DNA of 14,380 nucleotides. Origin: a bacterium (GTDB lineage: Bacteria > Zhuqueibacterota > Zhuqueibacteria > Oceanimicrobiales > Oceanimicrobiaceae). Shown here piece after piece: positions 1-7,007 of this stretch (within the stretch, counting starts at the first letter, position 1; every line of letters starts with the position of its first letter). The position numbers and the translations under genes were made by a program. The stretch is taken from NCBI GenBank assembly GCA_037446635.1, contig JBBIIG010000007.1:1-14380 (forward strand), written 5' to 3'. The notes under the pieces are model-generated. The model worked only from the letters and a program-made list of their open reading frames with translations, did no database searches and was not told the DNA's origin.

Positions 1-1017
1 CAGCAGCACGTAGAGAAAGCGGGTTGGCTTGTCGAGGTCTTTCACCAGCAGGGCAGTGGTGAAAATTAGAAACAATAGCGCCGCGGCGAGACCGAACCAC
101 TGCACATTGCCGGTGACCGGTGCGAATCCGAAAACCGCGGCGATGAACGGGAGTAGGAAGGCGCCGCTTGCAATGGCCTTCGTCCAAATGTACGCCGCAA
201 CTTCCCATCCCCAGAGCGCGCCTTTTGACGGAGCGTCGTAAACTCGCCGCGCGTTTTCTTGGATGACGTCGCGCGCCTTTTGCAGAATTTTTTCATCATC
301 GCCGGGCGCGAGGACTTTTTCATCGCCACCAACCCACTGCGCTGCTTTTTGTGAGATGCGCGTTTCAGCAAATTTTGCCTGCCTGCGCAGGCCGGCAAAG
401 TGCCCCACGCCAGCAGACTGCGAGCTCCACATATACGATCCCGATTGCTCGGTCACAATTGGATTCAATGATGCCTCATCGCCATCGATGTAAAACAGCT
501 TCGGTTGCGTGCCCTTTTCAACTTTGCGGGCCGTGACTTGCTCGCGCGCCAGCAGTTGCGCAATTTCCGAATTTGGATTATCCATGTCGCCGGAGATGAT
601 CGCGTGTTCCGGACAGATGATGACGCACGCCGGCTCTAATCCAATTTCCACGCGGTGTGCGCAGTAGTTGCACTTCGCGGCGGTGTGTGATTGCGGATCG
701 ATGTAAAGCGCATCGTACGGACAGGCTTGCATGCAGCTTTTGCAGCCGATGCAGCGGCGCGCATCAAAATCGACGATGCCGTCGCTGCGGGTGAAGAGGG
801 CAGAGGTGGGACAAATTTCCACGCACGGCGCATCCGCACAGTGATTGCAGCGCATCACCGAAAACAGCCGCCGCGTGTTCGGGAACTCGCCCTTCTCGAT
901 GTACTTCACCCACGTGCGATTGACGCCAACAGGCACGTCGTGCTCAGACTTGCAGGCCACCGTGCAGGCGTGGCAGCCAATGCACTTGCGGTTATCGATG
1001 ATGAAGCCGAAGTTCAT
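1..1017 (-). CDS. Fused NrfC/DmsB/PsrB-type 4x[4Fe-4S] electron-transfer subunit plus NrfD/PsrC-type membrane anchor (3' end outside window)
   Basis: Absent from the ORF track because it runs off the edge. Manual translation from ATG 1017 (SD GGAGGA at 1026-1021) gives MNFGFIIDNRKCIGCHACTVACK...CNHCADAPCVEICP...CIGCKSCMQACP...CNYCAHR...PACVIICP (16 cluster Cys), a linker, then WGWEVAAYIWTKAIASG...LLVKDLDKPTRFLYVLL, typical of the NrfD N-terminus. The frame is open to position 1. Confidence 0.92.
   Translation of the reverse strand, partial: MNFGFIIDNRKCIGCHACTVACKSEHDVPVGVNRTWVKYIEKGEFPNTRRLFSVMRCNHCADAPCVEICPTSALFTRSDGIVDFDARRCIGCKSCMQACPYDALYIDPQSHTAAKCNYCAHRVEIGLEPACVIICPEHAIISGDMDNPNSEIAQLLAREQVTARKVEKGTQPKLFYIDGDEASLNPIVTEQSGSYMWSSQSAGVGHFAGLRRQAKFAETRISQKAAQWVGGDEKVLAPGDDEKILQKARDVIQENARRVYDAPSKGALWGWEVAAYIWTKAIASGAFLLPFIAAVFGFAPVTGNVQWFGLAAALLFLIFTTALLVKDLDKPTRFLYVLL
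374..399. repeat. 26-bp near-perfect palindrome inside the coding linker (REP-like)
   Basis: TTTGCCTGCCTGC|GCAGGCCGGCAAA: 12 of 13 positions complementary (one T/C mismatch). Confidence 0.6.
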
Positions 1018-1294
1018 CTTTCCTCCCAAGGTAGTAAATGTCACGCACTTCGAAAGTGCGTGGCATTTTGCAGTCTAAAGAAGCCGACTCATTTTTTTCC
1101 TTGAAGCGCTTTATTTTCATATCCAGTTCACGGAAGACGGCAGGCATCTCTTTCACCTTGCCTTCTGTCACTTGCCGTCGCCTCAACTCCACGACCCTCA
1201 GCAAAGCCAAGGCCTCTCGCGTTCTTTCGTAAGCTCCAATATCCGGCGGCACAGCTTTATTATTAAAACTATTTTTCCTTGAGGTTTTCATCAA
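992..1294 (-). pseudogene. Phd/YefM-family antitoxin fragment (C-terminal half, DNA-binding N-terminus missing)
   Basis: KAVPPDIGAYERTREALALLRVVELRRRQVTEGKVKEMPAVFRELD resembles the KAVxxDxxxYExxxExLALLK...IxEGKxxxxxxVF pattern of Phd-type antitoxins. The N-terminal region is absent, there is no intact toxin, and the ORF runs 26 nt into the next gene. Confidence 0.5.
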
Positions 1295-1323
1295 TCCACT
1301 ACTCCACTACTCCATTACTCCAT
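1295..1323. repeat. Degenerate 8-mer tandem array (TCCAYTAC)x3.6
   Basis: TCCACTAC TCCACTAC TCCATTAC TCCAT; on the - strand it reads as repeated TGGAGTAR directly before the antitoxin-fragment start. Confidence 0.85.
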
Positions 1324-1342
1324 ATTGTAAAGACCACTAATC

Positions 1343-3247
1343 TTATTTTAGAATACCCACTTCGAGACCAGATTCTTTGCCAGCGCCAAAATACACCCGG
1401 TGCGTCGCCTTCACAAAATCTTCCGCCTCTGCTTTGAAAATATTGTCCACCCATTTCTGCGGATTGCGATCCACCAGTGGAAACCACGTGCTTTGAACCT
1501 GCACCATGATGCGGTGTCCAGCTTTGAACGTGTGCAGCACGTCCTGTAATTCAAAACTTATTTTGAATATTTCGTTGGATACAAACGGCTCCGGCTTTTC
1601 ATAACTGTTGCGGAAGCGGCCGCGAAAGACCTCGCTGCGCACCATTTGCTGATAGCCGCCCATTTTGATGTGTTCCGGATTGTGCGGAAAATTCGGATGA
1701 TCGTCCGGATAAACATCGATGAGCTTCACCACCCAGTCGGCGTCGCCGGCGGTGGTGGAGACCCAGAGATTTGCCATCATCGCTCCGGCCAGTGTGACGT
1801 TTTCTGCCAGCGGCTCGGTTTGATAAACCAGCACATCTGGCCGCCGCGCCGCAAAGCGCTGATCGTCGGTCATGTATTCAATGGTCATGTTCGTGGTGAT
1901 AGTTTCAGTGAACGGCACCGGTTTCGCCGGGTCGCTGATGAATTCATCAAAACTTGAAACGTTTGTAGTGACGCCTTCAGGCGTCATTACCAACTTGCCA
2001 TTTTCCGCCAAATACAAATTCTGTGGCTGCAAACCCTGCGGGGGCCATGTTTTAAAGCGCCGCCACTTGTTCACGCCGGTTTCGAAAACATACGCTTCGG
2101 GGAGATCGGGCTTTGCTTTCCCTTTGAGATAATGGAGAAAAAACGGCAGCTCAATATTCTCTTGATAAAAATACGACGGCGGCGGATTGTCCGCGAAAAA
2201 AACATTGCCCAGCGTTGAGCCGTCATCGCGCGCCCAACCGCCGTGACGCCACGGTCCCATCACCAAAACGTTGAAGGCTCCCGAACTGCTTTTTTCAATC
2301 TGCCGGTAAATTTTCAGCGGGCCGTACAAATCTTCAGCATCGAACCAGCCGCCGACGGTCATCACCGCGGGCTTGATATTTTTGAGATGGGGAAGAAGAT
2401 TGCGCGCCTGCCAGAATTCATCGTAATTGGGATGCTCGATAATGTCATTCCAAAACGCGACTCGACCTTTGAGAAATTTCTCGTTCGCGTTTTTCAGCGG
2501 GCCGATTTCTTCGAGAAAGAAACGATAGCCGTCCGGCGTGCCGTGATGAAAGCGCGCGTTGCGCTGGGTGGTTGGCTTCGGACGCGGCAATCCGAACGAC
2601 GCGAAGAAGTTGAACGCGTGTGGCAGAAAGAACGCGCCGTGATGATGAAAGTCATCGCCGATGAACCAGTCGGCGATGGGCGCTTGCGGCGACGCGGCCA
2701 CCAGCGCCGGATGGGCGTCGATGGTTCCGACCGCGGTATAAAATCCCGGATACGAAATGCCCCACATGCCGACTTTGCCGTTGTTGTTCGGAATGTTCTT
2801 CACCAGCCATTCGATGGTATCGTAGGTGTCGGTGCTTTCGTCGATGTCGCGCTTGCTTTTCTTTTTTGCGATTTGCGGCCGCATGTTTTCAAACACGCCC
2901 TCGGACATGTAGCACCCGCGCACATCCTGATAAATAAAAATAAATTTCTCTTTCGCAAATAACATAGACGGCCCCAACTGCGGCCGGACACCTTCGCCAT
3001 ACGGCCGCACCGAGTACGGCGTGCGATTCAGCATAATGGGATAACGCTGACTTTTGTCTTTCGGCGAATAAACCGACGTGAACAATTTCACGCCGTCGCG
3101 CATCGGGATTTGCACTTCGCGCTTTTCATAGTGTTCGAGGATGTAAAGCGAATCGCGCTGTATTTGCTCTTTGTCATTTTGCGGGAGAGCGACCACTGGG
3201 AGAAAGATTGCAATGAATGCGGAAATAACTGTGATTCGATTTAGCAT
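1343..3247 (-). CDS. CocE/NonD family serine hydrolase (peptidase S15 / alpha-amino-acid ester hydrolase-like), secreted, 634 aa
   Basis: IPMRDGVKL, RTPY, QDVRG, nucleophile motif WGISYPG, GGWFDAED, MGPWRHGGW and a C-terminal PepX_C-like region. ATG 3247 is preceded by AGGTGAG and followed by a Sec-type signal peptide (MLNRITVISAFIAIFLPVVA). Confidence 0.93.
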   Translation of the reverse strand: MLNRITVISAFIAIFLPVVALPQNDKEQIQRDSLYILEHYEKREVQIPMRDGVKLFTSVYSPKDKSQRYPIMLNRTPYSVRPYGEGVRPQLGPSMLFAKEKFIFIYQDVRGCYMSEGVFENMRPQIAKKKSKRDIDESTDTYDTIEWLVKNIPNNNGKVGMWGISYPGFYTAVGTIDAHPALVAASPQAPIADWFIGDDFHHHGAFFLPHAFNFFASFGLPRPKPTTQRNARFHHGTPDGYRFFLEEIGPLKNANEKFLKGRVAFWNDIIEHPNYDEFWQARNLLPHLKNIKPAVMTVGGWFDAEDLYGPLKIYRQIEKSSSGAFNVLVMGPWRHGGWARDDGSTLGNVFFADNPPPSYFYQENIELPFFLHYLKGKAKPDLPEAYVFETGVNKWRRFKTWPPQGLQPQNLYLAENGKLVMTPEGVTTNVSSFDEFISDPAKPVPFTETITTNMTIEYMTDDQRFAARRPDVLVYQTEPLAENVTLAGAMMANLWVSTTAGDADWVVKLIDVYPDDHPNFPHNPEHIKMGGYQQMVRSEVFRGRFRNSYEKPEPFVSNEIFKISFELQDVLHTFKAGHRIMVQVQSTWFPLVDRNPQKWVDNIFKAEAEDFVKATHRVYFGAGKESGLEVGILK

Positions 3248-3309
3248 GATCTCACCTACATTGAATTTTAAAACAGGCTTGCCGAATCGGAGAGTTTGAT
3301 AATGGCAGA

Positions 3310-3337
3310 AAAATAAAATCTTGGGGATAATAAGCAA
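3310..3337 (-). promoter_or_regulatory. Putative sigma70-type promoter for the CocE/NonD gene
   Basis: TTGCTT (3337-3332), 16 bp, TATTTT (3315-3310) on the - strand. Confidence 0.4.
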
Positions 3338-3439
3338 GAGATTAATTTTGCAGTAATCGCATTGAAGTTTGTTGATTTGGCCCGAGTGTGGTGGGATGAA
3401 ACGTCGCGGCGCTGACCATGCTCAGTCAGCAGTTCTAAT

Positions 3440-3466
3440 GTAGCACGACTAGCCTGGTCGCGCTAC
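3440..3466. repeat. GTAG-ended imperfect palindrome (REP-like hairpin)
   Basis: GTAGC-A-CGAC-TA-GCC-TG-GTCG-C-GCTAC; a second hairpin GCTGAC-N8-GTCAGC lies at 3411-3430. Confidence 0.5.
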
Positions 3467-3519
3467 TTAAAAAGCATTCGGGCATTGCCGCTTGACGAAA
3501 TGCGCATATAAGAATTTTC

Positions 3520-3548
3520 TTGCTTTACGAGCTTTCGCCCCCTATTTT
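3520..3548 (+). promoter_or_regulatory. Putative sigma70-type promoter for the thioesterase
   Basis: TTGCTT (3520-3525), 17 bp, TATTTT (3543-3548), 26 nt before ATG 3575. Confidence 0.5.
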
Positions 3549-3574
3549 GAGCTTACCACAAGTCTTAAAAACTA

Positions 3575-4033
3575 ATGACTGAACACAGCCAAATCATCGA
3601 AACCGTCAAAACCGTTTTTCTCGATCAAATTCCTTTTAACAAGCTGTTGAGGCTGCAAATCGAGTCGCTGGATTATGACGGCGCGCGCGTTCGCATCGAC
3701 ATGCGCCCGGAGCTGGTGGGCAATTTCATTCAAGGCATTTTGCACGGCGGGGTCATTTCTGCGATGTTGGACGTCACCGGCGGTCTCACGGCGTTCACAA
3801 GTCTCTTAAAAAAAATGAGCCACCTTTCCAATCAGGAGAAGTTGGAGCGGCTCGCCAAATTTGGCACCATCGATATGCGGGTGGATTTTCTTCGCCCCGG
3901 CCGCGGCAAATACTTTGTCGCAACTGGAACAGTTTTGCGCACGGGCAATAAAGTCGCTGTAACCCGCATGGAGCTTTTAAATGACGAAAATGTGTTGATT
4001 GCCGTCGGCACCGGCACCTACGTCGTCGTATAG
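3575..4033 (+). CDS. yigI: Hotdog-fold acyl-CoA thioesterase, YigI/PaaI-like, 152 aa
   Basis: IPFNKLL...LVGNFIQGILHGGVISAMLDVTGG...GTIDMRVDFLRPGRG...LRTGNKVAVTRMEL closely follows the E. coli YigI pattern (HGG motif, catalytic Asp). Confidence 0.88.
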   Translation: MTEHSQIIETVKTVFLDQIPFNKLLRLQIESLDYDGARVRIDMRPELVGNFIQGILHGGVISAMLDVTGGLTAFTSLLKKMSHLSNQEKLERLAKFGTIDMRVDFLRPGRGKYFVATGTVLRTGNKVAVTRMELLNDENVLIAVGTGTYVVV

Positions 4034-4096
4034 GCGCGCAGTTCACAGCGTCGTCTTCCTTCAAAATCTCGCCCCACAATTTCTAAATAATTAAAT

Positions 4097-4122
4097 AAAA
4101 TTTTAGGATTGCCTAAATTTTT
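4097..4122. promoter_or_regulatory. DtxR/MntR/SirR-type operator palindrome
   Basis: AAAATTTTAGG-ATTG-CCTAAATTTTT; the core TTAGG-N4-CCTAA (4103-4116) matches the TTAGG-N4-CCTAA boxes of this repressor family and lies upstream of a DtxR-family gene. Confidence 0.8.
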
Positions 4123-4124
4123 AC

Positions 4125-4153
4125 TTGACAAGTATAAAAAATTTATTTATTTT
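4125..4153 (+). promoter_or_regulatory. sigma70-type promoter of the metal-uptake operon
   Basis: TTGACA (4125-4130), 17 bp, TATTTT (4148-4153); SD GGGGAG at 4174-4179. Confidence 0.75.
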
Positions 4154-4183
4154 GGCTCAAAATTTTCAAGTACGGGGAGAATC

Positions 4184-4852
4184 ATGATCACGCAAACGGT
4201 GCAGGATTATCTAAAAGTCATTTACAAATTAAGCGAAAGCGGAGCGTCGGTTACCACCAACGCCATTGCTGAGCGCATGAACGTTTCGCAAGCTTCCGTG
4301 ACCGGCATGATCAAGAAAATGGCGGAGCTGAAACTGATTTCGCATACTCCTTATTACGGCGTAACCCTTTCCGACGCCGGCCGCAAGATCGCGCTTGAGA
4401 TTATCCGTCATCACCGTTTGCTGGAGTTGTATCTCGCGGAGGCATTGGGCTATTCGTGGGATGAAGTGCACGACGAGGCGGAGCGTCTGGAGCATGTGAT
4501 TTCGGAAGAAATGGAAGAACGGATGGCTGCGTTTCTGGGGCATCCCAGCACCGACCCGCACGGGGCGCCCATTCCCACGAAAGATGGTTTTATCATGGAA
4601 CGCCAGTTGACGCCGCTGACCGCAGTGGAGTCCGGGCAAAAAGTTCGTGTGGGGCAAGTGAGCGACCGCGACCCGGAGATGCTGCGCTATTTAGGCAAAA
4701 TTGGCATCTATCCCAATGTCGAGTTGAGCGTCGTCGCAAAGGCGCCCTTTGGCGGTCCGCTGACGATCAAAATTGGCAAGCAGCAGCATCATTTGGGCGA
4801 GGGCTTGACCGATAACATTTTGATTTATCATGAAAAAAGATCATCGCGATAG
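4184..4852 (+). CDS. mntR: DtxR/MntR-family metal-dependent repressor with C-terminal FeoA/SH3-like domain, 222 aa
   Basis: QDYLKVIY, wHTH IAERMNVSQASVTGMIKKM, RHHRLLELYL, VHDEAERLEHVIS, TDPHGAPIP, then a FeoA-like domain. ATG 4184 has an SD; the upstream TTG 4109 lies inside the operator. Confidence 0.92.
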   Translation: MITQTVQDYLKVIYKLSESGASVTTNAIAERMNVSQASVTGMIKKMAELKLISHTPYYGVTLSDAGRKIALEIIRHHRLLELYLAEALGYSWDEVHDEAERLEHVISEEMEERMAAFLGHPSTDPHGAPIPTKDGFIMERQLTPLTAVESGQKVRVGQVSDRDPEMLRYLGKIGIYPNVELSVVAKAPFGGPLTIKIGKQQHHLGEGLTDNILIYHEKRSSR

Positions 4853-4875
4853 AGATTGCAGAGGTGTATGAATTG

Positions 4876-5907
4876 ATGACGAGTCCACTATTATCCCTGA
4901 TGATCGCCGTCGCGTTGCTGGCGATGGGCGCGCTCTTTTTTTGGCCGGACGCGGGGCTGTTCTGGAAGTGGCGGCGCGGCTTACGCAGCACCGAGCGCGT
5001 GTTGATCGAAGATGCTTTGAAACATCTTTATGATCAGGAATACAAGGAGATGCTCTGCACCGTGCAGAGCGTGGCCGGCGCACTCTCCATCTCCGCCGAT
5101 CAGTCTGCCCGTTTGTTGGATCGCCTTTCGGCGATGGGATTGGTAGTGCATCCGGGAGAAGGGTTTGAGCTGACCTCCGAAGGCCGCTCCTACGCCCTGC
5201 GCATGATTCGCGTTCACCGTTTGTGGGAGCGCTTTCTCGCCGATGAAACCGGCGTGCAGGCGAGCGACTGGCATCGCCAGGCCGAGAAAAAGGAGCACCA
5301 TGTATCGGTGGTAGAGGAAGAAGCGCTGGCGGCGAGTTTGGGAAATCCCAGTGTCGATCCGCATGGCGATCCCATTCCCACTGCGGCGGGCGCACTGCCG
5401 CCGCGCAAAGGCCAGCCGCTCACCATGATGCGCGAGGGCGAGCTGGCGCAGGTGGTCCATATTGAAGATGAGCCGCGCGCTATTTACACGCAACTCTTGG
5501 CGCAGGGGCTGCAGCCGGGTGTGAAAATCAGAATTCTTGAGAAGGAGCCGGAGCGGATTCATTTCATCGCCGATGGCGAAGAGGGGGTGCTGGCGCCGAT
5601 GGTGGCGGCCAATGTCAGTGTGGCGCCCCTTCCCAAAGAGCAAAAAATGTCAGGCCCGTTCGATTCGCTGGCTACGCTGAAAGTTGGGGAGAAAGCCGAG
5701 GTCATTGGCATCTCCAACTCCTGCCGCGGCTTGCAGCGCCGCCGCTTGATGGATTTGGGCATCGTCCCGGGCACCATCGTTTCTGCGGAAACCGAAAGCT
5801 GGAGCGGCGACCCTGTTGCTTACAATGTTCGTGGCGCCACCATCGCTCTGCGAAAAAATCAGGCGGCGCTCATTCATATTAAAAAGCTTAATGGAGTGAC
5901 GTCGTGA
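4876..5907 (+). CDS. Membrane-anchored DtxR-like protein with two FeoA domains (TM-wHTH-dimerisation-FeoA-FeoA), about 343 aa
   Basis: N-terminal hydrophobic helix LLSLMIAVALLAMGALFFW followed by basic WKWRR; EDALKHLY, RVHRLWERFL, WHRQAEKKEHHVS, VDPHGDPIP; a first FeoA-like domain and a canonical C-terminal FeoA (RRRLMDLGIVPG...GDPVAYNVRGATIALRK). SD GAGGTG is 9 nt before ATG 4876. Confidence 0.85.
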   Translation: MTSPLLSLMIAVALLAMGALFFWPDAGLFWKWRRGLRSTERVLIEDALKHLYDQEYKEMLCTVQSVAGALSISADQSARLLDRLSAMGLVVHPGEGFELTSEGRSYALRMIRVHRLWERFLADETGVQASDWHRQAEKKEHHVSVVEEEALAASLGNPSVDPHGDPIPTAAGALPPRKGQPLTMMREGELAQVVHIEDEPRAIYTQLLAQGLQPGVKIRILEKEPERIHFIADGEEGVLAPMVAANVSVAPLPKEQKMSGPFDSLATLKVGEKAEVIGISNSCRGLQRRRLMDLGIVPGTIVSAETESWSGDPVAYNVRGATIALRKNQAALIHIKKLNGVTS

Positions 5908-5925
5908 CTCAAAGGATCTTGATAT

Positions 5926-6025
5926 TGGATTAATGGGATTCATGGATTATTGGATCAATGGATTAATGTAATTGGAAAGAAACGTTGCTCAGGCTAAGTC
6001 AATGCTCTAATAATCCATGAATCTA
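5926..6025. repeat. Degenerate 8-mer array (TGGATTAA-like x5) with a short inverted partner
   Basis: TGGATTAA TGGGATTCA TGGATTAT TGGATCAA TGGATTAA (5926-5966); inverted units ATAATCCA TGAATCTA (6010-6025). Confidence 0.75.
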
Positions 6026-6051
6026 CGGTGAAAAGTTTATAGGATAATACT

Positions 6052-6909
6052 ATGTCAAATAAAACTCAAATCACCAGTTCATGTGCGACTTGTCCCGCGC
6101 ATCACGTCGCAAATTTGAAAAAATTAGGCGTGAACATGGATTCGTGGGACTACGTGGTGGCGCTGGCGGGAAATCCCAACACCGGCAAAAGCACAGTGTT
6201 CAATGCGCTCACCGGCCTGCGGCAGCACACCGGCAACTGGCCTGGCAAAACCGTCACGCGCGCCGAGGGCGGGTTTTCATACAATGGCAAACGCTACAAG
6301 TTAGTGGATTTGCCCGGCACCTATTCGCTGCTTTCCACCAGCGTCGATGAGGAAGTGGCGCGCAATTTTATTTTGTTCGGCCGCCCGGATGTCACCGTGA
6401 TCGTGGTCGACGCCACCCGCCTCGAGCGCAATTTGAATCTCGTGCTGCAAGTTTTAGAAATCACCGACCGTGCCGTCGTCTGCTTGAATTTGATGGACGA
6501 AGCCCGGCGCCATCGCCTGCAGATCGATGACCGGCTGCTCTCGAAAGAACTGGGTGTGCCGGTGGTGCCCACCAGCGCGCGCCAGGGCGAGGGCATCCCC
6601 GATTTGCTGCGCGCCATCAGCGACGTGGCCACGGGCGTCTATATTTGCCGGCCGCATCGCATCGAAAGCGGATCCAAAAAACTGAAGCAGGCGATCAATC
6701 AGTTGGTGGCAAAAATCGAAGCCGAGTATCCCGGACTCACCAATGCGCGCTGGGTGGCGCTGCGGCTGCTGGAAGGCGATCCGCAGATCATCGACGCCGT
6801 GCGCAGCGGTGAACTGGGAAGTTTGAATGAAACCACCGAGCCGACGAACGGAGAGTTGATGATCGAAAATTGGAAAATGGAAAAACGCAAATCGAAGATT
6901 GAAGATTGA
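6052..6909 (+). CDS. feoB: FeoB N-terminal G-protein (GTPase) as a stand-alone gene, 285 aa
   Basis: G1 GNPNTGKS, switch [10 protein letters not shown]3 DLPGTYSL, G4 NLMD, G5 SAR, then a helical region ([11 protein letters not shown]). No TM segments; SD AGGA. Confidence 0.92.
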   Translation: MSNKTQITSSCATCPAHHVANLKKLGVNMDSWDYVVALAGNPNTGKSTVFNALTGLRQHTGNWPGKTVTRAEGGFSYNGKRYKLVDLPGTYSLLSTSVDEEVARNFILFGRPDVTVIVVDATRLERNLNLVLQVLEITDRAVVCLNLMDEARRHRLQIDDRLLSKELGVPVVPTSARQGEGIPDLLRAISDVATGVYICRPHRIESGSKKLKQAINQLVAKIEAEYPGLTNARWVALRLLEGDPQIIDAVRSGELGSLNETTEPTNGELMIENWKMEKRKSKIED

Positions 6910-6913
6910 AGAT
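6868..6913. repeat. Degenerate 7-mer tandem array overlapping the FeoB-N 3' end
   Basis: AATTGGA AAATGGA AAAACGC AAATCGA AGATTGA AGATTGA AGAT; contains the TGA stop at 6907-6909. Confidence 0.75.
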
Positions 6914-6917
6914 ACCC

Positions 6918-6947
6918 CTCGTTCCCAGGCTCCAGCGTGGGAACGAG
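6918..6947. repeat. REP palindrome, copy 1
   Basis: CTCGTTCCCA-GGCTCCAGCG-TGGGAACGAG with 10-bp perfect arms; near-identical to the copies at 8481, 10141 and 10201. Confidence 0.9.
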
Positions 6948-6955
6948 AAGGACGC

Positions 6956-6990
6956 TCACTTTTACGTCTGCCGTTTGCCATTTGCCGTTT
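6956..6990. repeat. Inverted (pyrimidine-rich) 7-mer array before the FeoB-C ribosome-binding site
   Basis: TCACTTT TACGTCT GCCGTTT GCCATTT GCCGTTT; reverse complements (AAATGGC, AAACGGC, AGACGTA) resemble units at 6868 and 8433. Confidence 0.7.
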
Positions 6991-7007
6991 CACTGGAGCA
7001 GTAAATT

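Noticed and set aside
691..1104. 137-aa + strand ORF and other short ORFs within 29-1232
   Set aside because: They overlap the real - strand Fe-S/NrfD gene that the ORF track missed, or the antitoxin fragment.
1226..1246. PDIGAYE as a choice-of-anchor Q motif
   Set aside because: No signal peptide or beta-helix context; the flanking residues fit a Phd-type antitoxin better.
2243..2962. 239-aa + strand ORF (also 1646-1957 and 1872-2132)
   Set aside because: Antisense shadows of the well-supported CocE/NonD gene, with no motifs.
4109..4183. Longer ORF-track starts (4109; likewise 3337, 8467, 10220, 10684)
   Set aside because: The extensions run through promoters, operator or repeats. The downstream ATGs fit better, most having an SD and/or an intact signal peptide.
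4034..4183. Mn-sensing yybP-ykoY riboswitch upstream of the operon
   Set aside because: The predicted 5' UTR is only about 25 nt and no such structure is visible.
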